Assembly: GCA_965541585.1 (NCBI GenBank)
Contig: CBEUCH010000002.1
Span: 1-64,000 of the forward strand
DNA length: 64,000 nucleotides
From: an uncultured bacterium
Lineage (GTDB): Bacteria; Zixibacteria; MSB-5A5; UBA10806
Direction: 5' to 3'
Every line of letters starts with the position of its first letter. Positions within the stretch are counted from its first letter, which is position 1. Position numbers and translations under genes: made by a program. Positions 28,324-38,050 of the stretch are shown here, one piece after another. The notes beneath the pieces were generated by a model. The model saw only the letters and a list, made by a program, of their open reading frames with translations. It was not told the DNA's origin and made no database searches.

Positions 28324-29195
28324 AAACCTTGATTCGGGTCGCGGTCGAAATCGGCCGCGCCATACGATACGAGCTACTGTCCACTCTTGGCACTCTTCTC
28401 ACCGTATTTCTCGCCATGAGCCTGCCGGGCGCCCTGTGGATAATATCGAATAACCTCTCAAGAGTTGAGAATGAACTTAAATCCAACCTCACGGTCGATG
28501 TTTTTCTTGTAGATGAGCTGTCGGCCGACGAGGTGGAGAGTATGCGATCCGAGCTCATGGCCCTGGAGGGGATAACTGAGGCGCGGTATCTCTCCAAACA
28601 GGATGCGCTTTATAAGATGAGGGAGACTTTCGGACTGGAGATGATACAGGGTATCGATGAAAATCCCCTGCCTGCATCATTCGTTCTGAAAATAGATGAT
28701 TCTCTTTTCGAATCTTACAGATCAGAAGGGCCGGGAGCATCAGATTCGATGCTGGCTCGAATTGCCGGGCTACCGGGTGTAGAGGACGTTGTGTTTTCGG
28801 GGGAAATACTTAACGACCTTAATCGAATAATAAATTCAGTGGAAATACTCGGTATGGCCATCGGGCTTCTTGTAGCATTTTCCGCTATATTTATTGTAGC
28901 GAATACGGTGAGAATTGCTATCTCCGATCGGAGGAAGGCTGTGGAAATTATGCAGCTTGTGGGCGCTACGCGCAGCTATATATTGACGCCGTTCGTTTCC
29001 CTGGGAGGACTGCTCGGGCTCTCAGGCGCCGCGCTGGCAACGTTATTTCTGTGGCTTTCGACGACTTTTGTATCACGGCATCTAATAGCGATTTTCTTTT
29101 TCGATAGCTACGAGATTACGGCATTCGTCTTAACCGGCCTGCTTCTGGGTATGGTAGGGGCTTTGATGGCGACGAAAAGATTCTTGAAAATATGA
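28320..29195 (+). CDS. ftsX: Cell division permease FtsX
   Basis: ENPLPAS, IVANTVRIAI.DRR..VEIMQLVGAT..YI..PF; overlaps ftsE. Confidence 0.92.
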   Translation: MKTLIRVAVEIGRAIRYELLSTLGTLLTVFLAMSLPGALWIISNNLSRVENELKSNLTVDVFLVDELSADEVESMRSELMALEGITEARYLSKQDALYKMRETFGLEMIQGIDENPLPASFVLKIDDSLFESYRSEGPGASDSMLARIAGLPGVEDVVFSGEILNDLNRIINSVEILGMAIGLLVAFSAIFIVANTVRIAISDRRKAVEIMQLVGATRSYILTPFVSLGGLLGLSGAALATLFLWLSTTFVSRHLIAIFFFDSYEITAFVLTGLLLGMVGALMATKRFLKI

Positions 29196-30343
29196 AGTTG
29201 CAACTGCTCACAGCCGTATCATTAAGTCTTGCCTTTGCCGCCCTGTCGGATTCCGAACCGGTTGGAGAGGATCTCGAACAGCGGGATCAGATTGAGACAA
29301 TAAAGGACGAATTGCAATCGAAGCGGTCTGAGTATGAAAGACTCGGCCAAAAGGAAAAAGACCAGTTAACCAGACTCAGCGATATAGAGGAGCAGATGGC
29401 CCTGTCAGGACAACTCATCCTTAAAATAGAAAGAAAATCCAAAAAGCTTCTGCGGAGTATCAAGGCCGAGCAGGCGGAACTTGATGCCGCAGAGAAAGCC
29501 TTAGAGGAAAAGAAGAAGGCGTTGCTAAAAAGGATGCGGTATATTTATAAGGTCGGCAGTCGCCCCGGCTGGATGGAGGTTATCTCTTCGCGCGATCCCG
29601 CCGAGGCACTTACCGCCTATAAGAATATGCAGACCATTATCGCCTACGATAAGCACCTCGTGGAATCCTGCAATGACCTTTCGCTGAGCATATCGGGAAG
29701 ATTGGCGAAGCTTCACGGAGATAGAAGGCTTCTGGACGATCTCAGGCGTGACAGCGAAACCGAATTAGAGCTTCGGAAAATGACTCTGGACGGGCGCAAA
29801 AAACTTCTGAGCAGATTGCGCAAAGATAAGTCTGCCGTCGGTAGAGCCATGGAAAATCTGGAGGAGGATGCGGGGCACATCGCCGGTATTTTAGATGGCT
29901 TGCAGGCCGACATCGATCCTAATGTGGAATCGCCGGAGTTGGTCGGCCTCGAGGGGAGTAAAGCCGATTTGATCTGGCCGGTTCATGGACAAATCATCGG
30001 GTCGTTCGGCGCCAGAAAGGATGCCCGGGGTTTGAAGATCACAAATCCGGGAATCGATATCAAGGCTTCCTATGGTGCAAGGGTGAAGGCGGCGGCCAGG
30101 GGGAAAGTCATATATGTGAGCTGGCTGAGAGGTTATGGACTGTTTATAATAATCGATCATGGGAAAAGCTTCTATACGTTATATGCAAATCTATCATCAG
30201 CTTCAGTTGAAGCGGGCGACGAGGTGATAGCGGGCCAGACCATAGCGGAGGTCGGTGATTCCGGAACGCTCGAGGGTCCTCGATTGCATTTCGAGCTGCG
30301 CCGTAAAAAAGAACAATTAGACCCCGTCGATTGGCTCAGGTAA
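29192..30343 (+). CDS. envC: Murein hydrolase activator EnvC (coiled coil + degenerate M23)
   Basis: WPVHG, GIDI, IIDHG, LYAN replacing LYAH, LHFELR; follows ftsEX. Confidence 0.88.
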   Translation: MKLQLLTAVSLSLAFAALSDSEPVGEDLEQRDQIETIKDELQSKRSEYERLGQKEKDQLTRLSDIEEQMALSGQLILKIERKSKKLLRSIKAEQAELDAAEKALEEKKKALLKRMRYIYKVGSRPGWMEVISSRDPAEALTAYKNMQTIIAYDKHLVESCNDLSLSISGRLAKLHGDRRLLDDLRRDSETELELRKMTLDGRKKLLSRLRKDKSAVGRAMENLEEDAGHIAGILDGLQADIDPNVESPELVGLEGSKADLIWPVHGQIIGSFGARKDARGLKITNPGIDIKASYGARVKAAARGKVIYVSWLRGYGLFIIIDHGKSFYTLYANLSSASVEAGDEVIAGQTIAEVGDSGTLEGPRLHFELRRKKEQLDPVDWLR

Positions 30344-30347
30344 TACG

Positions 30348-31517
30348 ATGATCGACCACTTGGAAGGACTATCTAAAACTCTATCGGATTCCGCCCGCAA
30401 GGGCAATTTGAGTCAATCATTGCTTCTCGTTGGCCGGCCGGGAATCGGAAAATTCTCTCTCGTTATGAATATGGCCAGAGTTTTACTCTGCGAGAAGGAT
30501 ATGTCGGGATGTGGCAAATGTTCTTCCTGCAGGGAGGTAAACAAGCTCAATCATCCCGATTTTCCGCTGCTTTTCCCGTTTCCGAACCTGCGGCCGGAAT
30601 CGAAAAAGATGATAGTCTTCCCTTTCTCAGATCCTGTTTCCTCCAGTGCAAAGTTCTCCGAGGATACCCATGATGAGATCGAGCGCTTCAAAGAGGCCAA
30701 ACTCTCAAATCCGTATACCATTGTCGATTTCGACAAGAAAGAGAATATACCGGTGGAGCTGGTGAAGGATATGATGCGCGCCTTATCCAGAAAGCCTCTT
30801 CGGGGACGAAGACGTGTCGCCGCCGTTCTGGATATAGATAAGATGGCCTTCGGAGCCGCTGATCTTTTCCTGAAGACGGTCGAAGAGCCACCGGCTAACA
30901 CACATGTAATCCTGACGACGTCGAGGCCGGATCTCCTTTTGCCAACGCTGTTATCGAGGGCTCACTTGATAAAAATACCTCCCGTGCCGCCTGAGAAGCT
31001 GGAGAAATATCTCACCGAGAAGCTCGAGATAGACAAGAATGAGGTTTCTTACCTGACCAGGGTTTCAGGCGGTTCACCGGGAGGGGCGATCCACCTGTAT
31101 GAGAGCGACATCACCCGGAGACGCGATATGGTTATGACCTTTTTTGATAAACTGCTGAAGCGTGCGAATACAAATCTGCTTGTTGACGAAGTCAATCGAA
31201 GATACGGGTTGGGGCGGGTCAGTTACGACGAGGTAAAGCTGGATTTCGAAATAATGGAATCGATAATACACGATCTGCATCTGGCGCGCGAAAATCGTCT
31301 TGATAATCATATGATAAATGTCGATATTAAAAAGAAATTGTTGAATCTGGAGTGCCCGGATCTGGAGGTTTTGGATATCTGGAAAAACTGTTGCGCTGAG
31401 ACCAGGCAGGCTTGTCTTGTCAACAATGTCGCTGCCGGTACAGGAATGATATTTTTCTACATCTCTTGCGCCGAGGCGATGCGCAGCTCTGTAGGGCCGA
31501 AATTCAAATTACCTTAG
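30348..31517 (+). CDS. holB: DNA polymerase III delta' subunit
   Basis: GRPGIGK, C..GCGKCSSC, HPDF, LKTVEEPP, LLPTLLSR; precedes yaaT. Confidence 0.88.
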   Translation: MIDHLEGLSKTLSDSARKGNLSQSLLLVGRPGIGKFSLVMNMARVLLCEKDMSGCGKCSSCREVNKLNHPDFPLLFPFPNLRPESKKMIVFPFSDPVSSSAKFSEDTHDEIERFKEAKLSNPYTIVDFDKKENIPVELVKDMMRALSRKPLRGRRRVAAVLDIDKMAFGAADLFLKTVEEPPANTHVILTTSRPDLLLPTLLSRAHLIKIPPVPPEKLEKYLTEKLEIDKNEVSYLTRVSGGSPGGAIHLYESDITRRRDMVMTFFDKLLKRANTNLLVDEVNRRYGLGRVSYDEVKLDFEIMESIIHDLHLARENRLDNHMINVDIKKKLLNLECPDLEVLDIWKNCCAETRQACLVNNVAAGTGMIFFYISCAEAMRSSVGPKFKLP

Positions 31518-31539
31518 TCGGGAGTCCGATGTCACTTAT

Positions 31540-32439
31540 GTGATTGAAGCAGGAGATTTCACGGTGGATGTATACACAGTATCCTTCAAGGGAAACCGAA
31601 GAAGCAATTATGTCAACACCAGCGGCTTTGAGATAGAGAGGGGAGCTCATGTAATTGTCGAGGCCGAGCGAGGCGAGGATTACGGGACGGTGGAGCGGAG
31701 GTCCGTGAAATGCGAGTACGATCCGGAGGGCAGCATTCCAAAGATCTTGAGGATGAGTAACGATTCCGATAACGATCGGACGATATTCAACCGCCAGAAA
31801 GAAGAAGAGACGTTCGACGAGTGTTTGAGGTTTATCGAAAAGCATCGACTTAAGATGAAATTGGTTGATGTCGAATACCAGTTCGATTGCAATAAGATCA
31901 CCTTCTTTTTCACGGCTGAGAAACGGGTCGATTTCAGGGAGCTGGTCAAAGACCTGGCCGCCACCTACAGGACTAGAATTGAGCTCAGACAGATCGGAGT
32001 AAGAGACGAAGCCAAACGTCGCGATGGTTACGGCATATGCGGCAAACGGCAATGCTGTTCGAATTGGCTGAGCGATTTTTCCACTATTACGACACAGATG
32101 GCACGCCGTCAGAATCTGGCGCTGAATCCCCAGAAACTTTCGGGGAATTGCGGGCGCCTCCTGTGCTGTCTAAGATACGAAATGAATTTTTACAATAATG
32201 CCATGCCGGAATATCCGCCGGTTGGAGTGCGCTGCTCAACCACGCATGGTGTCGGCATCATCACCAAAATTGATATTTTCAAAGAGGAAATCAATATCCT
32301 GCTCGATGATGCCGGGGAGATAAAGATGAATCTGGGAGAATTGAAGCGGGCCAGGAATCGGGGCAATTTCAAGCTCCTGGACGGTTACGCAAGAAGAACG
32401 GAACAGACCGATCGCAAGCTGAATGAACTTGAAGGCTAA
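31540..32439 (+). CDS. yaaT: PSP1/YaaT (RicT) family protein
   Basis: RVDFRELVKDLA..YRTRIELRQIGVRDEA, CGKRQCC, KLSGNCGRLLCCLRYE. Confidence 0.92.
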   Translation: MIEAGDFTVDVYTVSFKGNRRSNYVNTSGFEIERGAHVIVEAERGEDYGTVERRSVKCEYDPEGSIPKILRMSNDSDNDRTIFNRQKEEETFDECLRFIEKHRLKMKLVDVEYQFDCNKITFFFTAEKRVDFRELVKDLAATYRTRIELRQIGVRDEAKRRDGYGICGKRQCCSNWLSDFSTITTQMARRQNLALNPQKLSGNCGRLLCCLRYEMNFYNNAMPEYPPVGVRCSTTHGVGIITKIDIFKEEINILLDDAGEIKMNLGELKRARNRGNFKLLDGYARRTEQTDRKLNELEG

Positions 32440-32584
32440 TTGAATAGTGAAATTTCACGATATTTATAATATATACATGTCAGAATGCGGTACCCCCCTG
32501 TGCAAAGCGAAGCCCCTGATGCGTCGCTCTTAACTGTAATCTACGTTTACATCTGTCAGAATTTCAGGTTGATGCGAGAGGAAA

Positions 32585-34507
32585 ATGGATAAATTTTACG
32601 TTACCACACCCATATATTATGTCAACGACGAGCCGCATATCGGACACGCTTATACGACCATACTGGCCGACGTCATGGCAGGATACCATCGCATTTTCGG
32701 CCGGGAGGTATTCTTTCTGACAGGGACAGACGAGCATGGCCAGAAGCTGCAGGATGCAGCAAAGAAAAACGACCGCCAACCGCAGGAATATTGCGATGAA
32801 ATGGTCATGCGCTTCAAAAACGTCTGGGAAAAACTCGGTATCAGGAATGACGAGTTTATAAGGACAACCGATTCTCACCATAAGATAATCGTCCAGAAGA
32901 TCCTGCAGCAGATCTATGATAAAGGAGAGATTTACTGCGACGATTATGAAGGATGGTATTGCGTCCACGAGGAGCGGTTCTGGACGGAGAAGGACCTTGT
33001 GGACGGCAACTGCCCTGACTGTAACAGGCCTGTCTCGAAAATCACAGAGAAGAACTATTTTTTCAGGATGTCTGAATATCAGGAGTGGCTAATTGATTAC
33101 ATAAAAGGCCACCCTGAGTTTATCCTGCCCGAATTCAGACGCAACGAGGTATTGGGATTTCTGAAGCAACCGCTGGGGGATCTCTGTATTTCCCGACCGA
33201 AATCGAGGCTTTCCTGGGGCATAGAATTACCATTTGATAAAGACTACGTCTGTTACGTCTGGTTCGATGCTCTGATCAATTATATCTCGGCCATCGGCTA
33301 CTTATCCGATGATAAGAAATTCAAGAGATGGTGGCCGGCAATACATTTGATCGGCAAGGATATACTTACCACGCACGCCGTGTACTGGCCGTGTATGCTC
33401 AGGGCCATGGGGGTGGAGCAGCCTGAGACCATATTCGCGCACGGCTGGTGGCTTACAGGCAAGACCAAGATGTCGAAATCGCGGGGCAACGTCATAAAAC
33501 CACTGGAGCTTGCCGACAAATACGGCGTCGATGCCTTCAGGTATTTTTTGATCCGCGAAATGACCCTCGGCCAGGATGCAACCTACACCGAGGAAGCATT
33601 CATAAACAGATATAATTCCGATCTGGCTAACGACCTGGGAAATCTGCTTTCACGTGTTGTCAAGATGATAGTGTCCTACTGTGATGGGAGAATCCCCGAA
33701 CCGGCCGGCGACTTTCGCGATAACGACCTTTTCAAAAAATGGATTGGAGAGAAAGGCACGCCAGGTTTGGAAACAGAGGCCATGATCCAAATTGAGGATT
33801 ACCGGCTGAACAATGGTGTTGAGAAGACGATGGAATTCGTCAGATTCCTTAACGGTTATATAGAAAGAAACAAACCCTGGGAGCTGGCAAAAAGCGGGCT
33901 TGGAGAAAAGTTGAATACTGTCCTTTATAATAGCTCTGAGGCTCTGCGTAAGATATCCATTTATCTTTCGCCGATTATGCCGGCGAAATGCGCTGAGATC
34001 CAGAAGCAGCTCGGAATATACGAGCCCAAATCAAAGTTCAAGAAGGACTACTGGGGAGGCATCGTACCGGGCACAAAGATTAATCCCGGACAGGCGCTGT
34101 TCCCGCGTTTGCAGAAGATAGGTGATGAATCGAGAGTGAAATCGGATATAAGAGGAACGAAAATGGAGAAGAGAATAGAAAGCGGTACAATCAGCTTTGA
34201 AGAGTTCGGCAAAGTGCAGCTAAAGACCGCCAGGGTGATCGCCGCCGAGAAGGTAGAGGGCGCCGATAAGCTCTTAAAACTGCAGATCGATCTTGGCGAC
34301 GAAAAAAGGCAGATAGTAGCAGGTATAGCACAGTATTACACAGCCGAGGAAATGGTGGGCATGAACCTGATTGTAGTCTGCAATTTGAAGCCCGCGAAAA
34401 TAAGGGGGATAGAATCTAACGGCATGCTCTTAGCCGCACAATCAGGCAGTGACCTGGTGTTGTTGACTACCGATAAAGATATTTCTCCGGGTGCGGGCGT
34501 AAGCTGA
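32585..34507 (+). CDS. metG: Methionine--tRNA ligase with C-terminal tRNA-binding domain
   Basis: TTPIYYVN..PHIGHAY, KMSKS, YVWFDALINY, C-terminal OB fold (GIESNGML). Confidence 0.97.
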   Translation: MDKFYVTTPIYYVNDEPHIGHAYTTILADVMAGYHRIFGREVFFLTGTDEHGQKLQDAAKKNDRQPQEYCDEMVMRFKNVWEKLGIRNDEFIRTTDSHHKIIVQKILQQIYDKGEIYCDDYEGWYCVHEERFWTEKDLVDGNCPDCNRPVSKITEKNYFFRMSEYQEWLIDYIKGHPEFILPEFRRNEVLGFLKQPLGDLCISRPKSRLSWGIELPFDKDYVCYVWFDALINYISAIGYLSDDKKFKRWWPAIHLIGKDILTTHAVYWPCMLRAMGVEQPETIFAHGWWLTGKTKMSKSRGNVIKPLELADKYGVDAFRYFLIREMTLGQDATYTEEAFINRYNSDLANDLGNLLSRVVKMIVSYCDGRIPEPAGDFRDNDLFKKWIGEKGTPGLETEAMIQIEDYRLNNGVEKTMEFVRFLNGYIERNKPWELAKSGLGEKLNTVLYNSSEALRKISIYLSPIMPAKCAEIQKQLGIYEPKSKFKKDYWGGIVPGTKINPGQALFPRLQKIGDESRVKSDIRGTKMEKRIESGTISFEEFGKVQLKTARVIAAEKVEGADKLLKLQIDLGDEKRQIVAGIAQYYTAEEMVGMNLIVVCNLKPAKIRGIESNGMLLAAQSGSDLVLLTTDKDISPGAGVS

Positions 34508-34634
34508 ATCGTCCGGCAGTCCATGCTTTTCTCACGGGTTCTCGGTTAACGACCGGCGTTCCTTATAGATTATAATCACATATAAGATCGGCCAGCGCTT
34601 TCGTTTGATTGAGCCTTCCACAGTTGCCGACATC

Positions 34635-34681
34635 AAAAAAGGCCCTCATCCGGGGAGAGCGTTATCTCCCTGATGAAGGCC
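34635..34681 (-). terminator. Intrinsic terminator of the large secreted-protein gene
   Basis: ggccttcatcagggaga...tctccccggatgagggcc followed by TTTTTT. Confidence 0.75.
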
Positions 34682-34716
34682 CGCAGAGAGGACGATTCGG
34701 ATTATCTCAAATGCTG

Positions 34717-37455
34717 CTATTTTCCGATAGTATTAGCTTTCTTGTGGTCGATGGTTTGATGGTGCTGTCTTCCGCCGGGAAGAAAGAGCCATCCGCCGGT
34801 TGGAGGGCAGCAATAGCAGAACCCTAGCTCCTCAAGATCTCCTCTGTAATAGGCTATCAGGAAGACAACATCGATCAATGTATATATAGTGCAATCGCCA
34901 TCGACGTCGGCAGCGCCGTAAAGCGGGTAGGTCGCGATTTCCGGACGGCAATCGCAGGTATCCGGTACGGCTCCGCCGAATCGGTATAGGTTTGTCAGAA
35001 GCGTCACATCAAGGAGATCGATCAATTGGTCGCTATTGAGATCGCCGGGCGTGAATACGCAGCATCCCACGGTTATGTCGATTTCGCAGGTATCGGCGGC
35101 ATCGCAGGAATCGATAAGGACGATCGTAATGGTGTTAATTCCCCAATCCGGCATAAAACAGAGTTCGCCTTCGACCATATTCCCGCCGGTAACATCGATA
35201 GCGACTATATTGTCATCCGGGTCCGTAAATTCGAAACCGGGAATGCAGATCTCTTCGAGTTCGCGTATAACCACCGTGGTATTGCTCAAACATGTTATCG
35301 TCGGCGGGCTATTAACAACGGCTGTAATCCAGACCGTGCAGGAGGCTTCCAAATTGCAATCATCTACAACAGTCAACGTAATCTCGTTTTCGCCTTCAAC
35401 CGGGATAAAGCAAAGAGTCTCGCCATCCAGCGTGCCCTGGCTTACTTCGACGGAAATCAACTCACCGTCGGGGTCGCTATAGATGAATCCATCGATACAG
35501 ACTTCGTCGCCGAGATTGCAGAGGATCACCGTCCTGTCTTCGGGGCAGATCGCTATCGGCGCAAGGGTGCCTTCGATAGTAATAATCTGCTCGCACTCGT
35601 CAAAATTGCCGCAATCATCGGTAGCTCTCCAGGTGCGGGTGATGATATTTCCAACCGGATTGTCCGAAAAAGTGATGGATATATCGGTATCGCAGTTGTC
35701 GGTCGCCGTTGCCGTTCCGGTGAAAGGCGGATCGGTGGGATCGGTGCAATGTATGGGGATATCAGCCGGGCAGGTGATCACCGGTGAAGTGTCATCGTCG
35801 ATGATGATGGTTTGAACGCAATCATTGAAATTGCCGCTGGCATCGGTAGCCCGGTAGGTGCGCGTGATGATCTCCGGGCAGGTGTTGCCGTCGGAGGCGT
35901 CGCCGACATGAGTAACCACAGGGGCAGGATCACAATCGTCGATTGCGATCACGAGGTCGATATCAGGGGGAGGGAGATCGGCCAGACATTGGATTGACAG
36001 GTCGACTATATCGTCGGGGCAGGTTATTGACGGAGGCGTAGTGTCCTCGAGGGTAATGATCTGGTCACATTCGGAGCTGACATCACAAAGATCGGTCGCC
36101 TTCCACGTGCGCGTAATGATATTGCCATCCTGGACATCGGAATAGGTTATTGCCGGAGATGGATCATTATCATCCGTTGCGGTTGCATATCCGGTGTTTG
36201 CCGGGTCGATCGATCCAGCACAGTCAATCGGAATATCGGGAGGGCAGGTGATTTCAGGCGGACTGTTGAGATTTACGGTGACCTGCGTAACGGCGGTGTC
36301 GGCTGCCCCGCAAGCATCGGTGCAAATCATGGTTATCGTGTTGACTCCCTCCACTGGAGTGAAGCAGACGGTATCGGCGGTCAGTGTTCCTATAGAAACT
36401 ACGACGGTGAGAAGGTTGCCGTCGGGGTCACTGTAGAAAAATCCCGGCAGACAGATTTCGCCAAAGTCGCAGACAATCATGGTGATGTCGGCGGGGCTGG
36501 TCGCCATAGGGGGATTGTTGAAGGCGCAGGGATCATGGAGACACGATGATGAAAACTGGACGCCGTTTCCTTCATAGACAAAAGTGCCACTGAAACGAGG
36601 CCCGTAATCTTCGCCTAATACCGGCCCGCAAGGATATATCCGGCCCAGCGGTATAGGGCCATCCTTATTATAGGCTTCACCGATACCCTCGATTGGCGTA
36701 AACATCGTTATGTTCGGGTCCCTGGTCGGATCATCGCCCGCCTGCGACTGGTAGGGATCGGTTACCCCTGGGTAGGTATCTTCAAATCCGGGAACATCGC
36801 TTAAACGGATCATTGAAGCCCCCAGGAATATCTGATCAGTATCGAAGGGTTGCGAATGGCCGTTCGACCAGACATTGAAATCTATGGCGCATCCGGTAAT
36901 CATGATCTTCATAAAATCATTGGGATCGCCATCACCCTGTTTCCATTCGCGAGTGCTGACATCCCACCAGATCTCGTATAGGTTTTCAGCCCATTGGTAC
37001 CAGCCCCAGCGATCGTTCTGCTGATAGCAATAGTTGGATGCAGTATCCCCGTATAGCTCAAAGTTGGTTGCGAAGACGTTAACATCGGCCTCGGGCGGGC
37101 TATCCAGGTAGGCCAGGACGCTGCCGTGGAATTGCTCCAGAGAATTACCCTGAGAATATATATGGTTGGCGACATTCCAGGAACTATCGGTGCCGACCCA
37201 AACGTATATGCCCCCGGAATCCGGCGGGGGAAGCGGTATCGGTGGCTCACCCATGAAATATGAAGTATCAACCTGGTTGTAATTGGGTGGCGGTCCCGGC
37301 GGAACATTATCAGGGGGGTAATAAAATGTCCCGAATGGCGGCTGTGCCTTAACGGGACTGAGATTAAAAACACCTATCGACATAAATAAGATCAATCCGA
37401 ACAAGATCGCTTTTTCAGGAGATGTGGATCGTAAGACTCTATAGCAATACGACAT
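34717..37455 (-). CDS. Large secreted protein: unknown N-domain, Cys-rich HYR-like Ig repeats, C-terminal dockerin-like domain
   Basis: Start moved to ATG 37455 (AAGGAG); signal peptide; PPxITCPxD...IITRTWxATD repeats; GDLNSDQLIDLLDV and ADVDGDC...IDVVFLIAY. Confidence 0.82.
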   Translation of the reverse strand: MSYCYRVLRSTSPEKAILFGLILFMSIGVFNLSPVKAQPPFGTFYYPPDNVPPGPPPNYNQVDTSYFMGEPPIPLPPPDSGGIYVWVGTDSSWNVANHIYSQGNSLEQFHGSVLAYLDSPPEADVNVFATNFELYGDTASNYCYQQNDRWGWYQWAENLYEIWWDVSTREWKQGDGDPNDFMKIMITGCAIDFNVWSNGHSQPFDTDQIFLGASMIRLSDVPGFEDTYPGVTDPYQSQAGDDPTRDPNITMFTPIEGIGEAYNKDGPIPLGRIYPCGPVLGEDYGPRFSGTFVYEGNGVQFSSSCLHDPCAFNNPPMATSPADITMIVCDFGEICLPGFFYSDPDGNLLTVVVSIGTLTADTVCFTPVEGVNTITMICTDACGAADTAVTQVTVNLNSPPEITCPPDIPIDCAGSIDPANTGYATATDDNDPSPAITYSDVQDGNIITRTWKATDLCDVSSECDQIITLEDTTPPSITCPDDIVDLSIQCLADLPPPDIDLVIAIDDCDPAPVVTHVGDASDGNTCPEIITRTYRATDASGNFNDCVQTIIIDDDTSPVITCPADIPIHCTDPTDPPFTGTATATDNCDTDISITFSDNPVGNIITRTWRATDDCGNFDECEQIITIEGTLAPIAICPEDRTVILCNLGDEVCIDGFIYSDPDGELISVEVSQGTLDGETLCFIPVEGENEITLTVVDDCNLEASCTVWITAVVNSPPTITCLSNTTVVIRELEEICIPGFEFTDPDDNIVAIDVTGGNMVEGELCFMPDWGINTITIVLIDSCDAADTCEIDITVGCCVFTPGDLNSDQLIDLLDVTLLTNLYRFGGAVPDTCDCRPEIATYPLYGAADVDGDCTIYTLIDVVFLIAYYRGDLEELGFCYCCPPTGGWLFLPGGRQHHQTIDHKKANTIGK

Positions 37456-37777
37456 CAATTCTCTCCTTTTCTTGTATTTCTCAGCATAATGCCGTTCTTT
37501 TCTTGCTGTTGATCCCCCTCGGATCGACATGATAATTCTGCCACATGATATTTCCGATGCGCAGGCGCAAGGCTATATTTTCTCGTACTAAATTCCATTC
37601 CCGGCCAATCGTTAGGCTTCGGTCCCTGTTTAATTGTCAGCTAAAGCACGCGTGCTTTTTGCCGCGTTACATATAACTAAGAAGACTTATTAAGAAGATC
37701 ATTGGGGCGTCCGTTCGAGCTTACCTGATTTCCTGGAAACCCCAAGAAATTAAACCCACTTCTCCCTGTCTGCCAAC

Positions 37778-37806
37778 AATATAGAGCTTCTCTTAAAAAG
37801 TGTCAA
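37778..37806 (-). promoter_or_regulatory. sigma70 promoter giving an ~315-nt leader
   Basis: TTGACA-N17-TATATT. Confidence 0.7.
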
Positions 37807-37829
37807 GAAAAATCTGGCACTGCCGAAAC
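37803..37829 (+). promoter_or_regulatory. sigma28-like promoter
   Basis: TCAAG-N14-GCCGAAAC, ATG 8 nt downstream. Confidence 0.5.
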
Positions 37830-37837
37830 CTATAAGG

Positions 37838-38050
37838 ATGATAGTCCAATTCAGTCTGAAGATGAAGGATGCCTGGATAGGCGATGATCTGGTGGATTAC
37901 CTAGAGCTTGAATGGCATGAAAATCTAACCCCCAGCCAACTTGCCGCACGTTTTCATGTCTGGCTCAACGATCAGACCTTTATCGAGCGCCAGATGCCGG
38001 ATCTACGAAACGCGACCTATTGCCAGCTCTTTATAAATCCCCTACAGTGA
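37838..38050 (+). CDS. 70-aa hypothetical protein, paralogue of 25720-25935
   Basis: Ungapped alignment with conserved F-x-L-x-M-x-D, D-x3-L-x-W-x-E, H-x-W-x3-QTF, M-x2-L, L-x-I-x-P. Confidence 0.82.
   Translation: MIVQFSLKMKDAWIGDDLVDYLELEWHENLTPSQLAARFHVWLNDQTFIERQMPDLRNATYCQLFINPLQ

Noticed and set aside
32440..32584. T-box or SAM riboswitch before metG
   Set aside because: No T-box or S-box consensus and no terminator seen.
35026..36436. Plus-strand ORFs up to 253 aa
   Set aside because: Antisense shadows of the repeat protein. The same applies to the many other short ORFs overlapping called genes.
37560..37775. 6S RNA candidate
   Set aside because: The 5' and 3' ends do not pair into a long rod; kept only as an unknown structured leader.
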